Positions 47,502-57,923 of a DNA stretch of 64,000 nt are shown here, piece by piece. Origin of the DNA: Candidatus Berkelbacteria bacterium (GTDB lineage Bacteria > Patescibacteriota > UBA1384 > XYA2-FULL-43-10 > CAINNR01). The notes beneath the pieces are model-generated. The model ran no database searches and had not been told where the DNA came from. It was given only the letters and a program-made list of their open reading frames with translations. The DNA lies in NCBI GenBank assembly GCA_037142675.1, contig JBAXAF010000003.1, forward strand, positions 3,717-67,716, written 5' to 3'. Numbering within the stretch: position 1 is the stretch's first letter; each line of letters opens with the position of its first letter. A program made the position numbers and the translations under genes.

Positions 47502-50306
47502 ATGAAAGATGCTGATAAAAAGAACTTTTACTGCCTAGATATGTTCCCGTATCCATCGGGAAGTGGTTTGCATGTTGGCCACCCTCGTGGTTATACAGCT
47601 ACCGATGTTTACTCGCGGTTCAAAAAACTCCAGGGTTTTAATGTTATCCACCCCATGGGTTGGGATGCTTTCGGACTTCCTGCGGAAAATTACGCTATTA
47701 AAAACAAAACTCACCCATCTAAGGTTGTCGAAGAAAATGTTGCTCACTTTAAATCTCAACTAGAAAAGTTTGATCTTTCATATGATTGGGAAAAAGAAGT
47801 AAATACCACTGACCCAAAATATTATCGTTGGACGCAATTCATTTTTCTTAAATTGTTTGAACGCGGTTTGGCCTATGAAGCTGAAGTGCCAATCAACTAC
47901 TGCCCATCTTGTAAAACCGGCTTAGCCAATGAGGAAGTTGTTGGCGGAAAATGCGAGCGTTGTGGAACTGCAGTCGAGAGAAAAAATATTCGCCAGTGGA
48001 TTTTGAAAATCACTGAATATGCAGATCGCCTATTGGAAGATTTGGATGGCCTGGATTGGCCAGAACCAATTAAAGAAATGCAAAAAAATTGGATTGGGCG
48101 AAGCGAAGGGAGCAATATTCGCTTCGAGCTTAAAGCGAAAAGCGAAAAGCGAAAAGCTGTGGAGTCGCTAAGCGATGACTATTTTATTGAAGTTTATACC
48201 ACCAGGGCTGATACTTTATACGGTTGCACCTGGGTGGTTTTGGCACCTGAACACATATTAGTTGACAAGTTAAAAGTTGAAAGTGAAAATCAAGAAGAAA
48301 TTAATGAGTATATTCAGAAATCCAAAAACAAATCAGATCTCGAACGAACGGAATTACAAAAAGAAAAAACTGGCGTCGAGCTAAAAGGCATCAAGGCAAT
48401 TAATCCTATAAATGGCAAGGAAGTTGCTGTTTGGGTTGCCGATTATGTCTTGGGCCATTATGGAACTGGTGCGGTAATGGCCGTCCCTGCTCACGATGAA
48501 CGTGACTTCGAATTTGCTAAAAAATATGACATTGATATTATCCAAACGATTGCGCCGCAAGTTACATATTATAAAACTCCACCAAAGGATGGTTTGCCAT
48601 ACGTTGAGAGAAACAGCATCGAAGTCATAGTCCGCGACCCAAAAACTGATAAATACCTTTGTCTAGAGTGGAAGAACCAGCCTTGGACAACATTTGTCAC
48701 CGGTGGTGTTGACGACGGTGAAGATTATCTAAGTGCTGCAAAACGCGAATTTCTAGAAGAAACCGGTTACAAGAACATTAAACTCATAAAATCTCTTGGC
48801 AGAACTCGGGCGGTTTTTCACGCTGCACACAAAAATGAAAATCGAGTTGGTAATATGGAAGGTTTTCTTTTTGAGCTAGTTGATGATGAGCGAAATGATA
48901 TGTCAAGTGACGAAAAAGCCATCCATGAAGTTATTTGGCTTTCGCGTGACGAATTAAAAATTGAGCGCATTGTTTGCGCTAGCTTTGAATACTGGATGCG
49001 CGGAATTGATGACAAGAGAAAAGCAATTGAAGACTACGGATATTTGGTAAATTCTGAGGAATTTAATGGCCTTTCATCTGCTGATGCCAAAAAGAAAATT
49101 ACTGAAAAACTAAAAGAATCTGGTCACGGGGATTTTACCGTTAACTACAAACTTCGTGATTGGGTTTTTTCTCGCCAGCGATATTGGGGCGAGCCAATTC
49201 CTATTGTTCATTGCGAAAAGTGTGGTATTGTTGCTGTTCCCGAAACAGATTTGCCGGTGCTTTTGCCTCATGTTGAAAAGTATGAGCCGACCGGCGATGG
49301 CACATCTCCCCTGTCTAACGAGTCTGATCCTGCAATTGCGGCTTGGCTCAATACCACATGCCCAGAGTGCGGTGGAAAAGCAAAACGTGAAACTAATACA
49401 ATGCCGCAGTGGGCCGGAAGTTGCTGGTACTATATCGCCTACCTGATGAAAACTGGTGATGAATATGTTTGGGATCGCGACAAAATTGACCCCTGGTTGC
49501 CAGTGAATTTATACGTCGGCGGCGCAGAACACGCAGTTCTGCATTTACTTTACTCCAGATTCTGGCACAAGGTTTTGTATGATGAAAAACTAGTTGGTAG
49601 CATTGAGCCATTCCAAAAGTTAATATCAGTCGGAACTATTTTGGGAATTGATGGTGTTAAAATGTCCAAATCGCGAGGTAATGTTATTGACCCTGATCCA
49701 CTGATTGAGAAATTTGGTTCCGACGCTTTAAAAATGTATGAACTCTATATTGGCCCGTTTTCACAACCAGCAAAATGGAGTCAAAATGGAATTGTTGGTA
49801 TGCACCGGTTTCTACAAAAAGTTGAAAAAATTTCAGATGCCGAAATCTCCGAATCAAATTCGAAAAATCTAGTGCCGATTAACAAAGCAATTAAGAAAGT
49901 TGCTGGGGATATTGAAAGTTTTAGCTTCAACACTGCGATTAGCACCTTAATCGAAACATTTGATCTTATTTCGACCAACAGTTGGGATAAACCATCAGCT
50001 GAAATATTTTTAACGCTCCTGTCCCCCTTCGCGCCGAAAATGGCCGAGCAAGTATCGCAAAAAATTGGAATTCAAATACCAATTTGGCCGGAATTCGATC
50101 CGAAGTACATCGCTGATGATAAAGTTACTATTGCTATCCAAATCAATGGAAAAGTTCGCGATCAAATTGAGATCGCAATTGATGAACCAGAGGAAAAAGT
50201 TAAGGAGTTAGTTTTAGAGAGAGAAAAGATAAAAAGCTGGATTTTAGAAGCTAAAATAAAGAAATTTATCTATGTTCCAGGCAAAATCATTAGTATTGTG
50301 GTCTAG
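47502..50306 (+). CDS. leuS: Leucine--tRNA ligase with NUDIX-domain insertion
   Basis: MFPYPSG.GLHVGH, editing domain YTTRADT/GTGAVMAVPAHD, LRDWVFSRQRYWG, KMSKS. Confidence 0.97.
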   Translation: MKDADKKNFYCLDMFPYPSGSGLHVGHPRGYTATDVYSRFKKLQGFNVIHPMGWDAFGLPAENYAIKNKTHPSKVVEENVAHFKSQLEKFDLSYDWEKEVNTTDPKYYRWTQFIFLKLFERGLAYEAEVPINYCPSCKTGLANEEVVGGKCERCGTAVERKNIRQWILKITEYADRLLEDLDGLDWPEPIKEMQKNWIGRSEGSNIRFELKAKSEKRKAVESLSDDYFIEVYTTRADTLYGCTWVVLAPEHILVDKLKVESENQEEINEYIQKSKNKSDLERTELQKEKTGVELKGIKAINPINGKEVAVWVADYVLGHYGTGAVMAVPAHDERDFEFAKKYDIDIIQTIAPQVTYYKTPPKDGLPYVERNSIEVIVRDPKTDKYLCLEWKNQPWTTFVTGGVDDGEDYLSAAKREFLEETGYKNIKLIKSLGRTRAVFHAAHKNENRVGNMEGFLFELVDDERNDMSSDEKAIHEVIWLSRDELKIERIVCASFEYWMRGIDDKRKAIEDYGYLVNSEEFNGLSSADAKKKITEKLKESGHGDFTVNYKLRDWVFSRQRYWGEPIPIVHCEKCGIVAVPETDLPVLLPHVEKYEPTGDGTSPLSNESDPAIAAWLNTTCPECGGKAKRETNTMPQWAGSCWYYIAYLMKTGDEYVWDRDKIDPWLPVNLYVGGAEHAVLHLLYSRFWHKVLYDEKLVGSIEPFQKLISVGTILGIDGVKMSKSRGNVIDPDPLIEKFGSDALKMYELYIGPFSQPAKWSQNGIVGMHRFLQKVEKISDAEISESNSKNLVPINKAIKKVAGDIESFSFNTAISTLIETFDLISTNSWDKPSAEIFLTLLSPFAPKMAEQVSQKIGIQIPIWPEFDPKYIADDKVTIAIQINGKVRDQIEIAIDEPEEKVKELVLEREKIKSWILEAKIKKFIYVPGKIISIVV

Positions 50307-50402
50307 CGCTTGATTTTTTCGTCATTTTTTGTCATACTGCAATAGTAAATTCAATCATTTTAAATTTTGATTTTTAAATTATAAATTGGAGCTTAAGCGA
50401 TC

Positions 50403-50612
50403 ATGGCCGAACCAAAAAAGAAATTATCAAAAACAAGAACTCGCAGTCGTCGACACCAAATTAAACATAATGAAGTTGGTATTGTTTATTGTGACCAATG
50501 TCATGCGCCTATGCAGCGACACCACATCTGCAAGAATTGTGGAACCTATCGCGGCAAAAAAGTAGTTGACTCAGAAGAAAAAGTTGAAGCTGCACCAGCC
50601 AGTAAAGAATAA
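50403..50612 (+). CDS. rpmF: 50S ribosomal protein L32
   Basis: MAEPKKKLSKTRTRSRR, CxxC..HHICKNCGTYRG. Confidence 0.93.
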   Translation: MAEPKKKLSKTRTRSRRHQIKHNEVGIVYCDQCHAPMQRHHICKNCGTYRGKKVVDSEEKVEAAPASKE

Positions 50613-50632
50613 TTTGTAAGGAGTGGGATACT

Positions 50633-51067
50633 ATGAATAGACATCTTTCTCGCATGGTTGCGATGCAGGCTATATATGAGTGGAACTTTCGTCCGGATGC
50701 TGATCTAAATGAAATTCTCGAGCGTTCAATCGCTGAGTTTGCTGATGATATTGACAAAGATTTTGTTAAGTCAGAAATTATTGGTGTCAGTAAAAACAGA
50801 GAAGAGCTGGACAAAGAAATAGCTATTAGCGCTCCCGAGTGGCCTATTGAACAAATCTCGATGATTGATAAATCGATTTTAGAAATTGCGATTTTTGAAC
50901 TTTTATATTCTAGCGATGTGCCACCAAAAGTATCAATTAATGAAGCCATTGAATTGGCAAAACAGTTTGGAAATAACAACTCTGGTAAGTTCATCAACGG
51001 AGTACTTGGTACAATTTACGACAAGCATATTGAGACAATAAAGAAAAAGGAACTTGGTAATGAATGA
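50633..51067 (+). CDS. nusB: Transcription antitermination factor NusB
   Basis: VPPKVSINEAIELAKQFG..FINGVL. Confidence 0.95.
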   Translation: MNRHLSRMVAMQAIYEWNFRPDADLNEILERSIAEFADDIDKDFVKSEIIGVSKNREELDKEIAISAPEWPIEQISMIDKSILEIAIFELLYSSDVPPKVSINEAIELAKQFGNNNSGKFINGVLGTIYDKHIETIKKKELGNE

Positions 51068-51752
51068 CACAAACGAACTAGCCGAAAAACTTGGACTAAA
51101 ATTTAATGATCCTGAAATATTACAGCAAGCATTTATTCACAGATCATACATTAACGAACATCGCAGCTCTGGTCTTTCGCACAACGAGCGCCTGGAGTTC
51201 CTTGGAGACGCTGTTTTGGAACTGGCTGTCACCGAACACTTATTCAACAAATATGACCGCCCAGAGGGCGAAATGACCGCCTGGCGCAGTGCCTTAGTAA
51301 AGGGGGAATCACTATCCGCTGAAGCAAAAATAATTGGTCTTGAGTCCTGTCTAAAAGTTTCTCGCGGTGAATCTAAGAATACCGGCAAAGCCAGGGACTT
51401 AATCTTGGCCAACGCTTTTGAGGCACTTTTGGGAGCAATTTATTTGGATCAGGGATATGACGTTGTTAAAAAATTCGTCGAGGATCATATTATTTATAAA
51501 CTAGACGATATTCTAGCCGGAGATCATTTCATAGATGCAAAATCCCGTTTGCAAGAGTTGTCACAAGAAAAATTCTCGATTACTCCGACATATGAAACTG
51601 TCGTTGAAACCGGCCCGGATCATAATAAAAAATTCGTTGTGGCTGTACTAATTGGCAAGAAAAAAATCGGCGAAGGTGATGGCAATTCAAAACAAAAAGC
51701 CCAAATCGCTGCCGCCGCAAACGCCCTCGAGAATAAAGAACTATTTATCTAG
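51060..51752 (+). CDS. rnc: Ribonuclease III
   Basis: NERLEFLGDAVL, dsRBD GPDH..F. Confidence 0.96.
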   Translation: MNDTNELAEKLGLKFNDPEILQQAFIHRSYINEHRSSGLSHNERLEFLGDAVLELAVTEHLFNKYDRPEGEMTAWRSALVKGESLSAEAKIIGLESCLKVSRGESKNTGKARDLILANAFEALLGAIYLDQGYDVVKKFVEDHIIYKLDDILAGDHFIDAKSRLQELSQEKFSITPTYETVVETGPDHNKKFVVAVLIGKKKIGEGDGNSKQKAQIAAAANALENKELFI

Positions 51753-52391
51753 AATTTTTTTGATACTATCAATTGATTTCTGCACATTCCTTTGACCGTG
51801 TCCAACTGGATAGTGTACAGGAACTACAGAATAACATTTGTTTTTAATATTAATTGTTTTTCCGGAGTTGTCTGCGGATATTTTTATGTTCTCGCCGAGA
51901 ATAATCGAGCTAACTTGCGTTCCAAAGGTCACAATGGTATTTGGTTCTAGTAAATCAATTTCCTGAAAGAGCAACTCCAGATATTCAAAAAATATATTGT
52001 TATCTAGGTGTTTGGCGTCTGACTGAGTGCATTTCGCTAAATTCGTGATAAAAACATCTTTGTCAGCTATATTTTCGTATAGTTTAGTAGAAAAAGACTC
52101 GTTCCATTGAACAGGCTTCATCTCCATAACTTGACTAAATAGCGGCTCGTCTAAAAGTTGTAATTGGTAAAACATTTTCCAGATATTTTTGATCCCCAAC
52201 CAAGGCGCCCTGATCCCTGTCCATGATCTTTGTGCAGCAACATTCCTGGCAGTTGGATTCATAAAAATAAACATAATTCTAGGGCTATTTGTACAACCGG
52301 CGCCATAAATAGAATTCAATGTTGCGTCACCGTATTTCAATTGATGTAAATCAAAATAAGGGTGAAGGGACGTTAACTGCAACTTTGACAT
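51741..52391 (-). CDS. Uracil-DNA glycosylase-like family protein
   Basis: GAG..PRIMFIFMNP, FITNLAKC, EIDLLEP..IVTFG, HYP; TAATG overlap with upstream gene. Confidence 0.65.
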   Translation of the reverse strand: MSKLQLTSLHPYFDLHQLKYGDATLNSIYGAGCTNSPRIMFIFMNPTARNVAAQRSWTGIRAPWLGIKNIWKMFYQLQLLDEPLFSQVMEMKPVQWNESFSTKLYENIADKDVFITNLAKCTQSDAKHLDNNIFFEYLELLFQEIDLLEPNTIVTFGTQVSSIILGENIKISADNSGKTINIKNKCYSVVPVHYPVGHGQRNVQKSIDSIKKILDK

Positions 52392-53356
52392 TACTGAGGC
52401 CAAACTACGTTAGTGAAGCCCCAATCTAGGAGTTTGCGGGCTTCGTCAGCAGAGGCTGGCGCTGTATTAGCGAATGTTCCTAGTATGACTGCAATTAGTG
52501 TGTGGTTATTCCGTGTGGCAGCACCAACAAGACAGTGGCTAGCGGCATCAGTAAAGCCGGTTTTGACACCAATTGCGCCCGGGTATTGGTAGGAAGTAAC
52601 TAATCTATTTGAATTTTCTATTGGGTGGAAAATTGTTTTTGTTGTGTTGGTGGCAACATAATTTTGAGTATCAACAATTTCCCTAAATGTTGGATTTTTC
52701 AAAGCATATCTTGTTATCGTTGCAAGATCAGCAGCGGAAGAGTAGCCATCATCAGAGAGTCCTGCTGGATCCATATAATGTGTATCATTCATACCGAGCT
52801 CTTTGGCCTTAGCATTCATTTTGTCGACAAATATTTGGTAACCCTCATTGTCTCCAGTTTTGTTCATAAATGCGCCAAGCGCATATGCGGAATCATTGCC
52901 AGATTTTATCAATAAGCAATGCAGCAATTCCGAAACGCTGATTTTTTCCCCTGATCTTAAGTTAACAACAGTGGGAATTTGCTGAGTTGCCTTTAGGGGA
53001 ACTGTGACCACATCATCTAATTTATAATTCTCCAAAGCAACAACTGCAGCCATAATTTTTGTAGTGGAAGCAATTGGAACGTGAGTATTTGGGTTTTTTG
53101 ACAAAAGCACGGCACCTGTTTCTCCGTCAACCAAGGAGTAATTTTTTGTCAAAATGTTTGCTTTAGGACTGTTAATTTTAGTATCAGGAAGATCTAGAAT
53201 TTTAGGTAATACTAATTGTTGATCAGAGGCCTCTGCGGAAGTAAAAGATTCGCGCGAATAGCTGTCAGCAATTTTTTGGTCAAATTTACCGGACGATAAA
53301 TTAAAACCAACAAGATTGCAAATTATCGATATAGCTATTAAAGGCTTAGAAATCAT
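52391..53356 (-). CDS. D-alanyl-D-alanine carboxypeptidase (peptidase S11)
   Basis: ASTTK, SGND, KTG motifs. Confidence 0.92.
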   Translation of the reverse strand: MISKPLIAISIICNLVGFNLSSGKFDQKIADSYSRESFTSAEASDQQLVLPKILDLPDTKINSPKANILTKNYSLVDGETGAVLLSKNPNTHVPIASTTKIMAAVVALENYKLDDVVTVPLKATQQIPTVVNLRSGEKISVSELLHCLLIKSGNDSAYALGAFMNKTGDNEGYQIFVDKMNAKAKELGMNDTHYMDPAGLSDDGYSSAADLATITRYALKNPTFREIVDTQNYVATNTTKTIFHPIENSNRLVTSYQYPGAIGVKTGFTDAASHCLVGAATRNNHTLIAVILGTFANTAPASADEARKLLDWGFTNVVWPQ

Positions 53357-54117
53357 AGAATATCTTCCTTAAGTACTTTGACCATTTGCCCCGGTTTTAA
53401 GCCGAGTTTTGAAAGTTTCAGTTTGCCGACTTGGACTCTTTTTAAGTTAAGAACTTCAAGCCCAATTTTACCGGCCATTATACGCAGCTGTCGGCTTCTT
53501 CCTTGATGGAGTGTAACTTCTAGCTTGTTATCAGCAACAAATCTTGCCTTATCGACATAATATCGCTTACTGTTGTGCATTATACCTTTAAGAAACTGAC
53601 GGATTATCCCCTCTTTGCCCAGTGTGGTAGGTTTGCCGCCGTATTCCAGGTGATATACCTTTTCTTTGGTGAACGAAGGATGAGCCAACTCATTCGCAAA
53701 GTCACCGTCGTTGGTCAAAATCAGCAGTCCTTCAGTTTCTTTATCTAGTCTACCTACTGAAAAAAGCCGGTTTTCTTTTGGCAGGAATTTCTTGATTGAT
53801 TCACCTTGTTCATCTGACGAAGAAGTAATGTATCCGACTGGTTTGTAAAAAGCAAAATACTGAAAATCGCTCACAGGCTTGACTTCTTTTCCGCCAACGA
53901 CAACTTTGTCTATCTCTGGATTTATTTGAATGCCAGTTTTGGCTTTCTCGTTATTAACTAAAACTTTTCCGGATTTAATTAATTGATCCACGCCTCTACG
54001 CGAGGCAATCCCGGCCTGGGCTATAAATTTATTGATTCTAACTGGTTTATTAGCTCCGTTTTGCCCTGCTTCGCGGGATTTCGCAAGACTATTTGTGTTG
54101 TTATTGTGCTCAATCAT
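53353..54117 (-). CDS. Pseudouridine synthase, RsuA/RluB family
   Basis: S4 domain (GIASRR), GRLDKETEGLLILTNDG. Confidence 0.92.
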   Translation of the reverse strand: MIEHNNNTNSLAKSREAGQNGANKPVRINKFIAQAGIASRRGVDQLIKSGKVLVNNEKAKTGIQINPEIDKVVVGGKEVKPVSDFQYFAFYKPVGYITSSSDEQGESIKKFLPKENRLFSVGRLDKETEGLLILTNDGDFANELAHPSFTKEKVYHLEYGGKPTTLGKEGIIRQFLKGIMHNSKRYYVDKARFVADNKLEVTLHQGRSRQLRIMAGKIGLEVLNLKRVQVGKLKLSKLGLKPGQMVKVLKEDIL

Positions 54118-55543
54118 TTGTCTGGGTTTCTGCACGCTCTAGCGCTTTGCCCTTGGCTTCATCAGCCAATTTAATATGAACATCCTTGAGTTGTTGTTCT
54201 GAAACATTTGATGGCGCACCCATCATTGGGTCCCTAGCGTCACCGGTTTTTGGAAAGGCTATAACTTCGCGGATGACCTCTTCGCCTGCTAAAACTGCGA
54301 CGATTCTGTCTATCCCAGGGGCAATGCCACCATGCGGCGGCGCACCGTATTCGAATGCTTCAAGCATATGGCCAAAACGTCTGGCTTTTTCATCCTCAGA
54401 AACTCCCAGCATGTCGAATATTTTATTTTGAATGGCCCTATCATGAATTCTAATTGATCCACTTGCCATTTCGAAGCCATTTAATACTAAATCGTAACAA
54501 TAAGCTCGGACGCTGGTCGGATCGGAATCAATTTTATCAATGTCTTCTTTGTATGGCATGGTAAAGGGATGATGGGTGGATACGAGTTTCTTGTCAGCTT
54601 TTGAATATTTGAAAAGTGGGGCATCGACAATCCAGGCGAAAGCAAGCTCGTTTTTGTCGGTTTTATCCTTGCGCAAATCAGGCTTGTCATTACCGTATTT
54701 TTCCATTGACTCCGCATAAGTTATTCGAGGAAACGGTTTTGAAGATAATCCTTTATTTGGTGCTAATTTTTCGACCAATTCAATCATCATCTTCTCAACC
54801 AGGCTCAAAATGTCCTCTTGATCAACAAAGCTCATTTCCATATCAAGCTGCGTAAATTCAGGTTGTCTGTCCCCTCTTTGATCTTCATCGCGGAAACAGC
54901 GGGCAATCTGAAAATATCGTTCAATTCCACCGACCATCAACAGCTGCTTAAATTGCTGCGGACTTTGTGGTAAAACATAAAACTCACCAGGGTACAATCT
55001 AGCTGGGACAATATATTCTCTAGCACCTTCAGGCGTTGATTTAGTTAAATACGGGGTTTCAATTTCTCGGAAATCTTCTTTGTATAAATATTCGCGGAAG
55101 AATTTAATAACGTCATGGCGAAGGGTGATATTTTTTGCCATTCGCTCGCTGCGAAGATCCAGATATCGATATTTTAACCGAAGCTCTTCGTCAACGCGCG
55201 AAGTATCTTTGTCAACTTCAAACGGTGGAGTTTTTGCAGGATTTAAGATTTCGATATCAATTGCTTCCATTTCAACTGTTCCAGTAACTAAGTCTTTATT
55301 GATCATTTTTTCTGGTCTGGCATTGATCTTCCCCGTAACAGATATAACCCACTCTGGTCGGACATCAGTAATTTTTTCGTAGGCCTTTGAGCCGGGGACA
55401 AAAACAATTTGAATCAATCCGCTCATATCCCGAAGATCAACGAAAACAATTTTCCCGTGATCACGCCTTGTATTAACCCAGCCGGAAATTAGAACTTCTT
55501 CGCCGATTTTTGATACTGTTTCCTTAATAAATATTCTTTTCAT
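54110..55543 (-). CDS. aspS: Aspartate--tRNA ligase (short form, no GAD domain)
   Basis: RLKYRYLDLR, PQSPQQFKQ, CFRDEDQRGDRQPEF, GAPPHGG. Confidence 0.96.
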   Translation of the reverse strand: MKRIFIKETVSKIGEEVLISGWVNTRRDHGKIVFVDLRDMSGLIQIVFVPGSKAYEKITDVRPEWVISVTGKINARPEKMINKDLVTGTVEMEAIDIEILNPAKTPPFEVDKDTSRVDEELRLKYRYLDLRSERMAKNITLRHDVIKFFREYLYKEDFREIETPYLTKSTPEGAREYIVPARLYPGEFYVLPQSPQQFKQLLMVGGIERYFQIARCFRDEDQRGDRQPEFTQLDMEMSFVDQEDILSLVEKMMIELVEKLAPNKGLSSKPFPRITYAESMEKYGNDKPDLRKDKTDKNELAFAWIVDAPLFKYSKADKKLVSTHHPFTMPYKEDIDKIDSDPTSVRAYCYDLVLNGFEMASGSIRIHDRAIQNKIFDMLGVSEDEKARRFGHMLEAFEYGAPPHGGIAPGIDRIVAVLAGEEVIREVIAFPKTGDARDPMMGAPSNVSEQQLKDVHIKLADEAKGKALERAETQTND

Positions 55544-55612
55544 ATTTGTCCTTACGTATTATTTTGATTTAGTGAATTTTTCTGTGATATTCCGTGTGAA
55601 AAATCCGTGTGG

Positions 55613-57868
55613 TTAATTTCTTAACTTAGCCAAAAAACTTGACTCAATATTTTTGACAATCTTCTTGATAACTTCTTCAGCCTCCTGGTCGTTTAATGTT
55701 CTGTCTTTGGACTGAAGTGATATGTGATAAGCAATATTTTTTTTGCCCACACCGAATTTATCTGACGCAAATTCGTCGAACAATTCAACTCGATTAATCA
55801 TTTCGGAGATCGTATAAATTGTCTCCGATACTTTAGCTGCATCAATTTTTTTGTCAACAATAAAGGCAAGGTCGCGAGTTACTGCCGGATATTTTGAAAC
55901 TCCGCGGTAAACGACAGCATTTTTGTTAATTTTTAATGCTAGGCCTTGATCGATCTTGGCCCCAGCTGAAATTTTAGATAAATTAATCTCGGAAATCCAA
56001 ACTACAGGTTTCTTGATTTTATATTGATGTAAATCATCACGCAAGAACTCAGACATTTTAACCGATTCCTTACCGCCGAGTTCAGCAATAATTCTATCGA
56101 CTGCTTTCAAGTGGTCATCTGATGTTTTGCCGGCAGTAGCAACAGCAATGTTGGTTGATTCAGCCGTTTTAGAGAAAACATGTCCGACTTCAAAAATTTG
56201 CACAGGATCAAATGATGGGTTCTTTGCAATATTTTTCAAAAGTCCAGGGATTAATGAATTTCGAAGATATTTATTTTCGCTCTGCATCGGGTTTGCCACT
56301 TCAAGTAAATTCTCTGGCTTCAATCTGGCAGCAATAACGTCTGCGTCTGATAAAAATGGATAGTTCATTGTTTCACTGTATCCGGCTGATACCAGCGAGT
56401 CTTTAATATTCTCAACAAAATAATAGAATGTTTTTTCGGCCGAATTAGTTTTTGTCAGTGCGAGTGGCTTGATTTTGTCGTAGCCAACTATCCTGCCAAC
56501 CTCTTCAGCTAAGTCTTGCCAGATAGAGACATCGTGTCGCCAGAGTGGTACGGTTACCGCGTTGCCGTTGACAACAAAGCCCAGGTGCCGCAATATATGA
56601 TTTATTTGTTCGGAATCAATTTCTTCGCCCAAAAGTCTACAGATTTTTTCATGTTCAATTTGTAGTTCAATTTTGCTTGGTTTTTCCCCTGATTGAACTA
56701 TTCCTTGTAGAACTTTTCCGCCAGCCGTTTGGACAATTAAATCCGCCGCTTTGTTTATAGCGTATTCAATTGCGCCAGAATCAACTCCCCTTTCAAAGCG
56801 ATAACTGGCTTCGGTTGAAAGATTTAATGATTTGGCAGTGCTGCGAATAGATTTGCGATCGAACTGGGCAGCTTCCATAACAATTATTTCCGTTGACTCA
56901 TCAACCTCAGAATTTTTCCCACCCATAATTCCAGCAACTGCCAAGGATTTTTCGCTATCAGCAATTACCAGCATGTCAGGATTGAGTCTTCGCAGTTCTC
57001 CGTCCAAAGTGACAATATCTTCGTTCTTTTTTGCTCTGCGAATAATAATTTTTGAGTCTTTAATTTTTTTCCAGTCAAAAGCGTGCATAGGGTGCCCTAA
57101 GTCAAGCAAAATATAATTTGTGACATCAACTACGTTGTTAATTGGTTTTGCACCACAAGCGATTAGTCTGTCTTGCATCCATTTTGGTGACGGACCAATT
57201 TTTACGCCGGTAATTACGCGTGATAAATATTGGAGACAAAGATCAGGGCTGGTAATTTCTACCGATATTTTGGTTGAGGAATGTGCGGTTTCTGTTTTAG
57301 ACAACGCAATCGGTTCCCTTTTGGTGCTTATATTTTCGAAAGCGGCAATTTCGCGTGCAACACCAAGATGAGAAAGGCAATCGCCTCTATTGGCGGTGAT
57401 ATCTAATTCAATCACTGTGTCTGAACCAAGATATCCGGAAAGAGATTTACCAATTTCATAATCCTCTGGCAATATATATATTCCGGTATGATCGTTGCCA
57501 AGCCCAAGTTCATCTTGCGCACAAAGCATGCCAAATGATTCTTCGCCACGAATTTTTGTTGCCTTAATTTCCCCACCAGGCAGTTTGCTACCAACCAAGG
57601 CCAACGGAACTTTCTGCCCAACTTCTATATTGGGTGCGCCGCAAACTATCTGTAATTGTTCTGATCCGCTATCGACAATGGCAATTTTGAGCTTATCGGC
57701 GTTGGAATGCTTTTTAATTTCCTTAATTTCGGCCACAACAATCAGAGGGTCAATTCCGGAGACAATTTCCTCAACCTCAAGGCCAGCAGACGTTAAAATA
57801 TCTACCAGTTTTTCGTCTGATATTTCGCAATTTATGTAATCTTTTAACCAACTTTTTAGTACCTTCAT
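55613..57868 (-). CDS. pheT: Phenylalanine--tRNA ligase beta subunit
   Basis: IVCGAPN, NRGDCLS, RFERGVD, C-terminal FDX-ACB (YPAVTRDLAF). Confidence 0.96.
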   Translation of the reverse strand: MKVLKSWLKDYINCEISDEKLVDILTSAGLEVEEIVSGIDPLIVVAEIKEIKKHSNADKLKIAIVDSGSEQLQIVCGAPNIEVGQKVPLALVGSKLPGGEIKATKIRGEESFGMLCAQDELGLGNDHTGIYILPEDYEIGKSLSGYLGSDTVIELDITANRGDCLSHLGVAREIAAFENISTKREPIALSKTETAHSSTKISVEITSPDLCLQYLSRVITGVKIGPSPKWMQDRLIACGAKPINNVVDVTNYILLDLGHPMHAFDWKKIKDSKIIIRRAKKNEDIVTLDGELRRLNPDMLVIADSEKSLAVAGIMGGKNSEVDESTEIIVMEAAQFDRKSIRSTAKSLNLSTEASYRFERGVDSGAIEYAINKAADLIVQTAGGKVLQGIVQSGEKPSKIELQIEHEKICRLLGEEIDSEQINHILRHLGFVVNGNAVTVPLWRHDVSIWQDLAEEVGRIVGYDKIKPLALTKTNSAEKTFYYFVENIKDSLVSAGYSETMNYPFLSDADVIAARLKPENLLEVANPMQSENKYLRNSLIPGLLKNIAKNPSFDPVQIFEVGHVFSKTAESTNIAVATAGKTSDDHLKAVDRIIAELGGKESVKMSEFLRDDLHQYKIKKPVVWISEINLSKISAGAKIDQGLALKINKNAVVYRGVSKYPAVTRDLAFIVDKKIDAAKVSETIYTISEMINRVELFDEFASDKFGVGKKNIAYHISLQSKDRTLNDQEAEEVIKKIVKNIESSFLAKLRN

Positions 57869-57923
57869 TTTTTTGTTATATTTATGATTTTTCTGCGCCT
57901 ATCTGTGTATAAAATCCGTGTAG

